A stretch of 64,000 nt of DNA from a virus. Taxonomy: Duplodnaviria; Caudoviricetes. Positions 46,867-55,798 of the stretch are shown here, piece by piece (position 1 is the first letter of the stretch; each line of letters starts with the position of its first letter). The notes beneath the pieces were generated by a model, which ran no database searches, was not told the DNA's origin, and saw nothing but the letters and a program-made list of their open reading frames with translations. The position numbers were made by a program, and so were the translations under genes. Location: the IMG/VR virus record IMGVR_UViG_3300002220_000035, positions 5,499-69,498 of that record; one strand, 5' to 3'.

Positions 46867-47837
46867 TGACCATGGAAGGCAATCTTGACTTCTATCTCCA
46901 GCAGGGAACCGCACTCCGTTTGATCTATCAGCGGGCCGAACCGTTCCTGATCTGGTCGCAGTTTGTTGAGCCCGTCAAGGACGACCATGCGGCATTCATC
47001 TACCGCTACGACAATGTCGGGAAGGATTCCGATCCCAAGAAGAAACAGCCGGCCCACATCCAGATCGGCGGAGACTTCCCTGAGATCGACATGAGCCGTC
47101 CCACCATCGGGTCGGGCATGACTGAAAGCAAGGGTTTCTCAGTCCGTATTCCCCGGAACATCATCCGGGAAGAGGCCCCGGGTATCAGTGAAGTTCAGAA
47201 GGCATATAGATTTGCCGGTTTCTGGATGGCCCGGTATCTCAACAACAACATCCTCACGGCCATGAAAGCCGGATTCGCAACGGCAACGATGACCCCCACA
47301 AAACCATGGCAGGGAACCGGATCGGAAGGCGCAACCCCGGTCGACGACATGATCGTTCTCGAATCTGAATTCGATCGCGAAGATTATGCCTTCTCGATGA
47401 CGGATGCATTCGTTCACAAAAACAGCTGGTATGGGATGAAACGCTACCTGACCAGCGTCGATGTCAATGAAGCAAAACAGCGCCTGATGTACGGTGTCCC
47501 GTCCATCAAGAAGGACCAGATCACTATCCCGGTTGTCGACAGCGATCTCTGGAAGGTCAAGTCGGGCCTGACTCTAGGCAGTTTCCTCGGCCTTGACCGG
47601 AACAACAAGGGCGTCGAGCTCCACTACTACATCGACCCGAAGTTCTCCAAGGAAGAGGTCCAGTATGAGGCCATCGTCGACGGTCAGAAACAGACCGTTA
47701 CCGCCGTCAACCTTGGATTCCACTTCGAACAGCTTGAGGACCCGAAGACCCACGATACGATCCTCAAGTTCTGGGACGAGAGCAAGCCTGTCGTGACCCA
47801 GTCATACGCCGGTCTCTACAAGAGCACCGGTTTCTGA
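46866..47837 (+). CDS. Major capsid protein (HK97 fold)
   Basis: 323 aa, position, GGDFPEI and GFSVRIP patterns. Confidence 0.75.
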   Translation: MTMEGNLDFYLQQGTALRLIYQRAEPFLIWSQFVEPVKDDHAAFIYRYDNVGKDSDPKKKQPAHIQIGGDFPEIDMSRPTIGSGMTESKGFSVRIPRNIIREEAPGISEVQKAYRFAGFWMARYLNNNILTAMKAGFATATMTPTKPWQGTGSEGATPVDDMIVLESEFDREDYAFSMTDAFVHKNSWYGMKRYLTSVDVNEAKQRLMYGVPSIKKDQITIPVVDSDLWKVKSGLTLGSFLGLDRNNKGVELHYYIDPKFSKEEVQYEAIVDGQKQTVTAVNLGFHFEQLEDPKTHDTILKFWDESKPVVTQSYAGLYKSTGF

Positions 47838-47895
47838 TCACCCCTCTTTTTTGAGGGACTCTATCTCCAGTACAAAAAAATCAGGAGGAAAACAA

Positions 47896-48351
47896 GTGAC
47901 TGAAATTACAGCAAAAGGGTTCCGTGAAATGGCGGGATCTCTTGCCCAGAAGATCGCCTCGTTCCTGTCAAGTCTCGACGGGGCAAATCTCGGGACCGTT
48001 GTCAATGCAAACGTGATCGCAGGTGTTGACGGGATTATCCGAGTGGATATCGCGGACGCATCCGCAGATACCGATGTCATCATGACCCACAAGGTCCGTG
48101 TCATCGATGCGTGGTTCGTCAACACCGGGATCGCGGCTTCGGCCTCGGCTGATACGATCACATTCAAGAACGGCACGAATGCCATCACGGACACGATTGC
48201 GAAGACGGCGACGGTCAATGCGGTGAAACGGGCAGGTACAATAAACCCAACCTACCATGAGATCGCAGCTGGCGGGACGCTCCGCATCACGGCAGTCAAA
48301 AGTACCAATGCAGCTGTGACGGCCTATGTCTGTGTGATCCGGGTCGCGTGA
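47896..48351 (+). CDS. Putative virion accessory protein
   Basis: GGAGG RBS, Ala/Thr-rich beta protein after MCP. Confidence 0.55.
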   Translation: MTEITAKGFREMAGSLAQKIASFLSSLDGANLGTVVNANVIAGVDGIIRVDIADASADTDVIMTHKVRVIDAWFVNTGIAASASADTITFKNGTNAITDTIAKTATVNAVKRAGTINPTYHEIAAGGTLRITAVKSTNAAVTAYVCVIRVA

Positions 48352-48514
48352 GGTGAGTTCTCATGGTGAATGAGAACTGCGATATCTACGCAACCGCAGC
48401 AACCGCACAGACCGCGGTCAAAGCCATCGACGACACAAAGTTCCAGGCACTGGTCCCCTTCATGGAAGCAGGCCGGCAGAAGTTCATGGTGATTTACAAG
48501 ACGTGAGGTAATCG

Positions 48515-48958
48515 ATGGCCTACTGCACCGCAGCGAATGTGAAAGTTTATACCGGTACCACTGTACTGGATGCGGATCTCACCGCGATGATCTCCGATTC
48601 AGATGACGAGATCAACCAGTTTTTCCTCACCCGTGGCGGCCTGACGCCGAGTGCAACAGCTGCAAAGGCAGCATCAATTCTCCTCACGCGATCGAGGGTC
48701 GCTGAACGGTTCCACAACACCGGGGAAAACCCGACCGCATGGTCCTCGGGGGATTACTCACAGAGCGGTGTCGCCGATCAGGGGAGTCTGGCGATATCCC
48801 TCCGCAACCAGGCATTCGACAAACTACGTGAAGAACTCGGTCGCCTGCAGACAGGATATACCGATTCCGAGAGCACCCGGCGCAGCGATGCCATTGTGGA
48901 TGACTTCAAACTCGACCAGGGAGACCTGCCGGAGTCCTTCCAGGAGCTGACATCATGA
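48515..48958 (+). CDS. Head-tail adaptor
   Basis: MAYCTAANVK N-terminus typical of adaptors. Confidence 0.75.
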   Translation: MAYCTAANVKVYTGTTVLDADLTAMISDSDDEINQFFLTRGGLTPSATAAKAASILLTRSRVAERFHNTGENPTAWSSGDYSQSGVADQGSLAISLRNQAFDKLREELGRLQTGYTDSESTRRSDAIVDDFKLDQGDLPESFQELTS

Positions 48959-49515
48959 TGGGCATGGCCCACACCTGCACGATCAAGCGCCGGTACCGGC
49001 AGAAGAACCTCTCGTTCACCTCAGGGACCGGAACTGCTGCAGTGGGTCAGACCGTAACGGGCGGGACCTCGCATGCCACCGCTGTCATCGTGGCGATCGC
49101 GGCAGCCTCCCTCCGGGTCCAGGACCTTGTAGGGACCTTCACCGCGGGGGAAACCCTCACCACGACAACCTGGTCGGGCACTTTCGGCGCATCAACGGAT
49201 GCCGCCAAGACCGGCGGCGGGTATTACTTCTACTGGGCAACCGACCAGGCCGCGGTGGCCTGCAGGTTCTATGAAGGCGGGGGCGGCAAAGGGATCGTGA
49301 TCCTCATGCCAGGGGGGGCCGTGCTGCAGCCGCTCAAGTGCATGCTGCCCGCAACGGTCAACATCACGAAAGATACCGCTGCCGAGTACCTCATCACGAC
49401 TACCGAGACGCAGCATGCCGGCACATATTCCATCTCGAAATTTTATCCCCGGACCGGTGCCGCCAACACCAACCACTTCGAGGCAGAACTCACCAAGGAG
49501 GAGATCACCCTATGA
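48955..49515 (+). CDS. Head-closure protein with inserted domain
   Basis: MAHTCTIKR...ACRF...HFEAEL; position. Confidence 0.55.
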   Translation: MMGMAHTCTIKRRYRQKNLSFTSGTGTAAVGQTVTGGTSHATAVIVAIAAASLRVQDLVGTFTAGETLTTTTWSGTFGASTDAAKTGGGYYFYWATDQAAVACRFYEGGGGKGIVILMPGGAVLQPLKCMLPATVNITKDTAAEYLITTTETQHAGTYSISKFYPRTGAANTNHFEAELTKEEITL

Positions 49516-49934
49516 ACGAAGATGCGGTCCTGCTGGCGATCGGAGGCCTCCGGGTGGCCATGGAACAGACCGATAAGCGAATCGACCGGATGGAGGGCAG
49601 CCTCGGCCGAGAGATCCGCGATCTCAAGAACTCTCTCGAGAAGGGGGACGAGAACTGCAGGGGTTGCCGTAAGGAAATCGAAAAGAAAATCGAATCCGAG
49701 ATCGATGCACAAGCCATCATCTTCAACAGCCGGATCGACGGGCAGGACGAGAAGATCAAACCTCTTGTAAGCCAGCATGACGGGGAGAAAGCAGTCGGTT
49801 CATGGATCGACAACGGCCTCGGCCGGGTGGGAAACATCCTCGGGATCGTATCCATCGTGATTGTGGTGACGTCCGCGATAATGACGTTCATCACCTGGGT
49901 TTGGCCATTGCTGCAGAAACTCCGTGGGGGCTGA
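49512..49934 (+). CDS. Coiled-coil plus TM protein
   Basis: Counterpart of 5561-5815. Confidence 0.55.
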   Translation: MNEDAVLLAIGGLRVAMEQTDKRIDRMEGSLGREIRDLKNSLEKGDENCRGCRKEIEKKIESEIDAQAIIFNSRIDGQDEKIKPLVSQHDGEKAVGSWIDNGLGRVGNILGIVSIVIVVTSAIMTFITWVWPLLQKLRGG

Positions 49935-49935
49935 C

Positions 49936-50427
49936 ATGACCCGGATCCTCACTGTTGACGAGCTCATCACCAAGCTCAGGAACGTCCAGAAGGCAGCAAT
50001 GCCCGCCACCAAGAAAGGCATGCGCCAGGCCCTCTACAACGTCAAGGGCGGGGCGGTCCGGAACTGTGATCCCGGCTCCTCCCCTTATCCAAAGGCCCCC
50101 TACTCCGATGATAATGACCCGCACCGGGATCCCGTCCATATGCGGGACTCCATGGGAACGCGGGTCGAGGTCAGCGGGAACAGTGTCCGGGGCATCATCG
50201 GGAATACCAAGTCCTATTCTCACTGGGTCCATGACGGTACAAAGAAGATGCCGGCCCGGCCCTTCCTGACGGACGCCATCAAGGAGAAGCAGCTCGAGAC
50301 GCGGGCAATCCTCTCCAATGCGATCGAGATCGGGGTCCTGCAGGCATGGGGAGGAGATCTCTTCGCAGGCGGACTTGGTCAGCAGACCGGGAACGTCCCG
50401 ACCATGATGGATGAAGGTGAGGAATGA
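49936..50427 (+). CDS. HK97 gp10-like protein
   Basis: YSHWVHDGTKKMPARPFL. Confidence 0.85.
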   Translation: MTRILTVDELITKLRNVQKAAMPATKKGMRQALYNVKGGAVRNCDPGSSPYPKAPYSDDNDPHRDPVHMRDSMGTRVEVSGNSVRGIIGNTKSYSHWVHDGTKKMPARPFLTDAIKEKQLETRAILSNAIEIGVLQAWGGDLFAGGLGQQTGNVPTMMDEGEE

Positions 50428-50873
50428 CGATCGCGGCCATCATCCTGGATATCCGCACGCTCCTGGATGGCGATGCAACCTTGCAGGGCCCCACTATGCT
50501 CGGCGCTGCAGGCCACGTCTTCCCGGGATGGCGCACGGACGACATGGTCCTCCCGTGCCTCACCGTCACCGAGAACAACGAGAGCAGCACACGCCGCCCC
50601 ACTTATGCCACGAGCCTGCACCGGGACAATTCCCCGACCATCCAGATCGATTTCTGGACCTCCGTGGACGACCCGGACGCACCGACAACCGATGTAGAAG
50701 TGGACCTCATCTGCGACCGCATCGATGAGTTGCTCTTCAAACCCGGAAATGTAGCGAACACCAGAAGCTGGAGGAGGTCAACGACCAGCCCATTATCACC
50801 CGACCCGGACGCACCCCGGGAGATGCACAAGGCGCTCCGGTACACGTTCGAGTATAGCGTGATTGACACCTAA
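50424..50873 (+). CDS. Tail terminator
   Basis: LPCLTV...IQIDFW...IDELL; position. Confidence 0.65.
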   Translation: MTIAAIILDIRTLLDGDATLQGPTMLGAAGHVFPGWRTDDMVLPCLTVTENNESSTRRPTYATSLHRDNSPTIQIDFWTSVDDPDAPTTDVEVDLICDRIDELLFKPGNVANTRSWRRSTTSPLSPDPDAPREMHKALRYTFEYSVIDT

Positions 50874-50891
50874 AAAGGAGGTTAAAAATAC

Positions 50892-51677
50892 ATGGTAACA
50901 ATCGACAATTTCGGAGAATTGCAGGGTATCGATGGGTATCTCGTCGTCGATGGGGTTCCCATATACGACATCCTTTATGATACAAAATGGGCTCGTGGGG
51001 ATGTAGCCCATGATTGTGCATCTGGTTTCTCGGATGTCTATTTACCGGGAAAATTCACGGTAAAGACCACGATCAAGAAGGCGATGAGACACTCGGAAGC
51101 CCCGATGCTCATCGGATACTCCCTGAACGACACGCCCATTACTGGTACGGCCGGTACCCTGCTCGCCACATCGCACGTCCTGGATGCCACCGACAACTAC
51201 GAGGATATGACGACCCCCACGATCGCCACCCCGTCACGGATCCGGTACACCCTGCAGACAAACGCGATCACCGTTGCCGGCACCATCACCATTATCGGGG
51301 AGGATGCGGACGGGAATGCACTCAGCGAGATCATTGAGGTCCCTGCATCCGCAATCGGTGCTACGTTCACCTCTCAGCACGTCTACAAGAAAGTCCACGG
51401 CCATACTATCAGGGCCATCGACTCAACAAGCGATCTCGGGACATTTGCGGTGACGTCCATCACCGGGAACACTTCCTACACGGTAGGGAACCCAAAGATA
51501 TTCGATCTTGTGGGCGGGGTTGAGAAAGACGGTAAGAGTATCATCGTCACTCATCCTGACTGTTGGTTCAGCAGTGGCGGTCTCACATGGGATTCTTCAG
51601 AGAAAATCCTTGATGTCAGTATTGACGTCTCGATGCATAAACCGAGCGAACTCCAGGTAGACGTGGTCACTGCATGA
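50892..51677 (+). CDS. Major tail tube protein
   Basis: Strong RBS; precedes chaperone and tape measure; no sheath gene. Confidence 0.65.
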   Translation: MVTIDNFGELQGIDGYLVVDGVPIYDILYDTKWARGDVAHDCASGFSDVYLPGKFTVKTTIKKAMRHSEAPMLIGYSLNDTPITGTAGTLLATSHVLDATDNYEDMTTPTIATPSRIRYTLQTNAITVAGTITIIGEDADGNALSEIIEVPASAIGATFTSQHVYKKVHGHTIRAIDSTSDLGTFAVTSITGNTSYTVGNPKIFDLVGGVEKDGKSIIVTHPDCWFSSGGLTWDSSEKILDVSIDVSMHKPSELQVDVVTA

Positions 51678-52324
51678 GCGGCGCTAAGAAAGATCCGAAA
51701 GGCAAGGTTGCGGAGCTCAAGCAGATCCTCGTAAAGGGGGCCCCGAACCGGCAAAAGTTCGTCAAGAAGTGTCAGGACCTCGACATCCAGAATGCCGACA
51801 CGATCGCGATGCTGCAGCGGCGGGTCCAGGCAAAACGGTTCGAGCCCCTGATGTTGCCCGGGGGGGACGTGGTCCACATCCGGGTCACCCTCTCCCGCGA
51901 AGAGGAAAATCACCTTGAGGATCTGCGCAGGGAATTCGTAGCCATCCGGAAACTTTCCCCGGAAGAGGAGGAACGCCAGGATGCCCTCAATGCCGAGATC
52001 GCGACCATGACAATGAAGACCCCGGAGTCTATCCGGCGGGTCCGCGAGATCACGCGGGAACTCGAAGTCATGAACACCCTCTCGGACGAGAAACAGGCCC
52101 GGCTCCGCGAGATCGATTATGACATCGTCGCAACCATCACCCAGGACCCGAACCTCACGAAGGAATGGCTGCTCGCCAATCCCGATGCATTCTCTCAGGA
52201 CGATCTCTTCTGGATCATCGCAGGATTCAGGGCACAGGAAGCGAAGGCCGCAACACAGCGGCAGGAGATGATCGCCCAGGCGCGATTATTTCGCGGAGAC
52301 ACAGACCGGGCAGAACTACGGTGA
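51674..52324 (+). CDS. Tail assembly chaperone
   Basis: Helical protein between tail tube and tape measure. Confidence 0.65.
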   Translation: MSGAKKDPKGKVAELKQILVKGAPNRQKFVKKCQDLDIQNADTIAMLQRRVQAKRFEPLMLPGGDVVHIRVTLSREEENHLEDLRREFVAIRKLSPEEEERQDALNAEIATMTMKTPESIRRVREITRELEVMNTLSDEKQARLREIDYDIVATITQDPNLTKEWLLANPDAFSQDDLFWIIAGFRAQEAKAATQRQEMIAQARLFRGDTDRAELR

Positions 52325-52436
52325 TTTCCTGCACTTCTGCGGGTTCAAATCGCCCAAAGAGTATGGGGACCTCGATCCGGTCGATCGCGGATTCCTGATG
52401 TCATGGTATAACGCGAAAATGAAAAGAGGAGGGTGA
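52289..52436 (+). other. Candidate +1 frameshift site (TTT CGC) and startless chaperone extension
   Basis: +1 frame open 52272-52436 without an early start codon; encodes FAETQTGQNYGDFLHFCGFKSPKEYGDLDPVDRGFLMSWYNAKMKRGG. Confidence 0.55.
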
Positions 52437-52438
52437 AG

Positions 52439-53953
52439 ATGGGAATCGGTGGCAGTATGGGCGCGATGTCCGACTTCGATATCGCCTACGGCATCGTGGC
52501 GGTCGATAAGACCGCAGACGGCGTGAACAGCGCAGTCAGCACCACGCAGTCCGGCACGAAATCGATCGCTGAACAGTTCTTCTTCATGTCTCAGGCCGTC
52601 AATCAGGCCATCGCATACATCAACCAGGGCTTCGATGCTACCATCGGTGCGGCTCTCAGCTGGGCGGACAACATCAAAAAGATGTCCGATGTGACCGGCA
52701 TGTCCACGGACGAGATCCAGCGGCTTCGGGCAGCAGGGCTTGAGACAGGTGTTGCCCTGGACTCCATCACTACATCGGCCCGCATGATGACGCAGCGGCT
52801 CGGGGATGCCGGTCCAGCCGGTCAGGCGCTGCGGGACCGGCTCAAGGAGCTCGGGGTGTCCACAGTGGACGCCAACGGCAACATGCGGGGCACCTATGCC
52901 ATCATCATGGACGTCATCAAGGCCCTGCACAACATCAACGACCCCATGGCACGGAACAACCTCGCGGTCGATACGCTCGGGCGCGGGTGGGCGGGTATGG
53001 CCCCTATGATTCGCGACTATGAGGAGGCTGCCGCAGCCGCCTCTTCGGCAACGATCGTCAGCGAAGACGAGATCGACAAGGCCCATGATATCGGCATCGA
53101 GATCGACAAGCTGAACGCGAAGCTCGGGAAGACCGGTCGTTCCGTTGGAATGGAACTCCTCCCCGCTACGGAGGAATGGGTTGAACTCATCGGGGGAGCT
53201 CTCTCAGGAGATTCTCCCGTTATGGGATTCTTCACGTTCCTGAATGACACGCTCGTCATGTCCGCCCGTGGTTTCCATATCCTGGGGCAAGAATCGGTCG
53301 CGACCTGGCAGATCCTGAATCGGGATTTCGAAGGTGCCAAGAAGACCATGACGGAGCTCGCTCAGTGGGTGCAGGCCAAGCAGACCGAGGACGCGCTCAA
53401 GAAGTCCGGTTACTTCGAGGGAGCCGTTTACATCAACGGTGCCTGGGTAGACCCCGAAGATCTTAAGGACAAAACCGCGAAGGCCCCTCAGGAAGGTCTG
53501 GATTCCGAGGAAGATAGGGTCACGGCCCTCACCGATGCCTACAAGGACGAACAGGCTGCGGTCAAGAAACTCAACGACGAGAAAAATAAGATGTTCGAGG
53601 ACGAGCGCTCGTACTACGAGGACATCCTCGAAGCCGGCGGGGATTATTCGAAGATCCGTAGTCTTACCTCGGCACGCAAAAAGAGCCAACGTACCAGCAG
53701 GGCCACGATCGCAGAGGACCAGACAGCAGTTGACGAGGCCGCCGCCCGGTACAATGAGATTAAAGCCGGGGTCCCGCTCGCCCAGGTCAAGGGAACCTCC
53801 CAGTACGACACGGCCCAGGCGCAAGCCGGAAATTACATCAACATCGGGACCGTGAACCTCTCGGAAAAATACACCTACACGGACTTCAAACGCGACCTTG
53901 AAAAAGACCTCTCCCAGCAGCGCAACCTCAAGGCGGTGAAATCCCTCCAATGA
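52439..53953 (+). CDS. Tape measure protein
   Basis: Helical Ala-rich protein; homolog of 8578-10065. Confidence 0.88.
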   Translation: MGIGGSMGAMSDFDIAYGIVAVDKTADGVNSAVSTTQSGTKSIAEQFFFMSQAVNQAIAYINQGFDATIGAALSWADNIKKMSDVTGMSTDEIQRLRAAGLETGVALDSITTSARMMTQRLGDAGPAGQALRDRLKELGVSTVDANGNMRGTYAIIMDVIKALHNINDPMARNNLAVDTLGRGWAGMAPMIRDYEEAAAAASSATIVSEDEIDKAHDIGIEIDKLNAKLGKTGRSVGMELLPATEEWVELIGGALSGDSPVMGFFTFLNDTLVMSARGFHILGQESVATWQILNRDFEGAKKTMTELAQWVQAKQTEDALKKSGYFEGAVYINGAWVDPEDLKDKTAKAPQEGLDSEEDRVTALTDAYKDEQAAVKKLNDEKNKMFEDERSYYEDILEAGGDYSKIRSLTSARKKSQRTSRATIAEDQTAVDEAAARYNEIKAGVPLAQVKGTSQYDTAQAQAGNYINIGTVNLSEKYTYTDFKRDLEKDLSQQRNLKAVKSLQ

Positions 53954-54294
53954 CGTCAACATTCGGATCGGTCGAACTCGTCGAGGCGGGAAAATTCGAG
54001 GGCAAGTTCCCGACTCTTACCAAGACGAAAGTCCTGCATGGTGGCAAAGTCTCCGTTCAATCCTCGGTCAATTACGGGGTGGACATCACCGTTCGATGCC
54101 GTGGGTCATGGGCGGACGTAACAGCACTTCTCGGCAAGATCGGATCGCCTGATACCCTGACCTTTGAAGGGACTGCTTTCACGAACTGCTACATCTCCGG
54201 TGAACCAGAGGTTAAGGAGTCTGAAGGGCGTGACATTGTGACAGGCGCGGTCACGTACGATTACAAGGTAAATTTCGTGAGGAAAACTGTATGA
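53950..54294 (+). CDS. Distal tail (Dit-like) protein
   Basis: Follows tape measure; homolog of 10065-10406. Confidence 0.6.
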   Translation: MTSTFGSVELVEAGKFEGKFPTLTKTKVLHGGKVSVQSSVNYGVDITVRCRGSWADVTALLGKIGSPDTLTFEGTAFTNCYISGEPEVKESEGRDIVTGAVTYDYKVNFVRKTV

Positions 54295-54584
54295 ACAACG
54301 ACGGAAGGATTCGGACACACGCAGAAATGGGCGTCGTCCTGAGAGATAAGGACGGCAATCCGGTTGAGGTAAAACCGGAGGAGAGAGATCATGGGACTGA
54401 GAACGTTACTTAAGACCGTGTGGTTCCGGCTCACAGGAAGAAAACGAGGAACCGCTGAGATGAAGGTCATCCGCAGGGATGTGGATGGCCGGGTAATGCA
54501 GGAGGACTATGTAAAAACGAATGTCACATTCCGGCTTGATGCCGATGGCCAGCCGATGGACATCCGAACGGAGGACGAGACATA

Positions 54585-55001
54585 ATGAAACTGAAGTCGT
54601 TTATCAGGGCGTTCCTTGCCCTTGTCACGGTGACGTACACCGGCATGGAATACCAGGCCCGTTACACGAACCAGAGCACGGTCGGATCGTGGAAATGGAT
54701 GGCCATCGGAAAAGGTACTACTGCCGAGGATGCAAACCATACCGCACTCGTAAATGAGTGTACGGAAAGCGGGATGATCCGGGCACTGGCGATCCTCTCA
54801 TATGAATCGTCGTATAAGAGCGTATGGACCGTAACCTACACCAACAACACCGGATCAACGGTTGCCGTCGAAGAAGCGGGGATCTTCGACCAGCTCGCCA
54901 TCGGAGGGCATATGCTCATGCGGGGCCTGATGCCTGCCACTTACAACGTCGCCGCCGCCCAGACCCTTGAAGTGACCATGAAACTCGCGCAGGCAGTGTG
55001 A
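54585..55001 (+). CDS. Baseplate/tail-collar protein
   Basis: MAIGKG...TAL.NE...EAGIF. Confidence 0.6.
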   Translation: MKLKSFIRAFLALVTVTYTGMEYQARYTNQSTVGSWKWMAIGKGTTAEDANHTALVNECTESGMIRALAILSYESSYKSVWTVTYTNNTGSTVAVEEAGIFDQLAIGGHMLMRGLMPATYNVAAAQTLEVTMKLAQAV

Positions 55002-55789
55002 TCATGACAATCTCTACACTGGACGACTACATTGTCGCGGTCAAACAAAAACCTGACATTTTCAAATCGGCATCGAGAACTGCGGTCGCAGCGACACCGT
55101 TCACTGTCTTCGACCTTGCGGGCAGCCCTGGCCCGGGGGTACTGTCTCCGGGTAATACCGCGAACGGCATTGTTCCAACTGATGCTAGCGATGGATATCC
55201 AAGAATCGAGGCGCTGACAGGTACCGGATACCTCTCGCGGGTCATGTATTCGAACTCGGTAGCCTGTAACATACACGTCTATGACCGGATATTCTGCGCC
55301 GGGGCATATGCGTTTAACGCCGATACGACTCTCGCATCACAACCAAGTTTCGCTGCAAGAGTTCCGGGTTCGTTTTACGCCGGTCTTGAACTGTGGGTTG
55401 AGGCGGTAACAGCGCACACGGGAATCCTGTCCGTCCAGATTAACTATCTCGACCAGGACGGCAACGCTGGAGATACGGGGGTCTTCTCGCTCACAACGGC
55501 GCATATTGTCGGTCGTGCGACAAGAATCCCACTGGCTGCAGGGGATTGCGGTATCCAGCAGATCACCCGGGTTCGCGGGACCGTAGCGACTGCCGGAACA
55601 TGGAATGTCATGGTTCTGCGTCAACTCTGGGAAGGACGTATCCAGGTTGCGAACGAGATTCGTGTCGATGACCTGCTTAAGACCGGGATGCCCCAGGTCT
55701 ACGCAGACAGTGCCCTGTATGCCATGATAGAGCCGGACTCGACGGCGACGGGTTCGCCATACATACGAATGGAAATTGCGGACAAGTAG
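54998..55789 (+). CDS. Putative tail structural protein
   Basis: 263-aa beta-rich ORF in the tail-tip module. Confidence 0.6.
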   Translation: MIMTISTLDDYIVAVKQKPDIFKSASRTAVAATPFTVFDLAGSPGPGVLSPGNTANGIVPTDASDGYPRIEALTGTGYLSRVMYSNSVACNIHVYDRIFCAGAYAFNADTTLASQPSFAARVPGSFYAGLELWVEAVTAHTGILSVQINYLDQDGNAGDTGVFSLTTAHIVGRATRIPLAAGDCGIQQITRVRGTVATAGTWNVMVLRQLWEGRIQVANEIRVDDLLKTGMPQVYADSALYAMIEPDSTATGSPYIRMEIADK

Positions 55790-55798
55790 GCGGCCACC

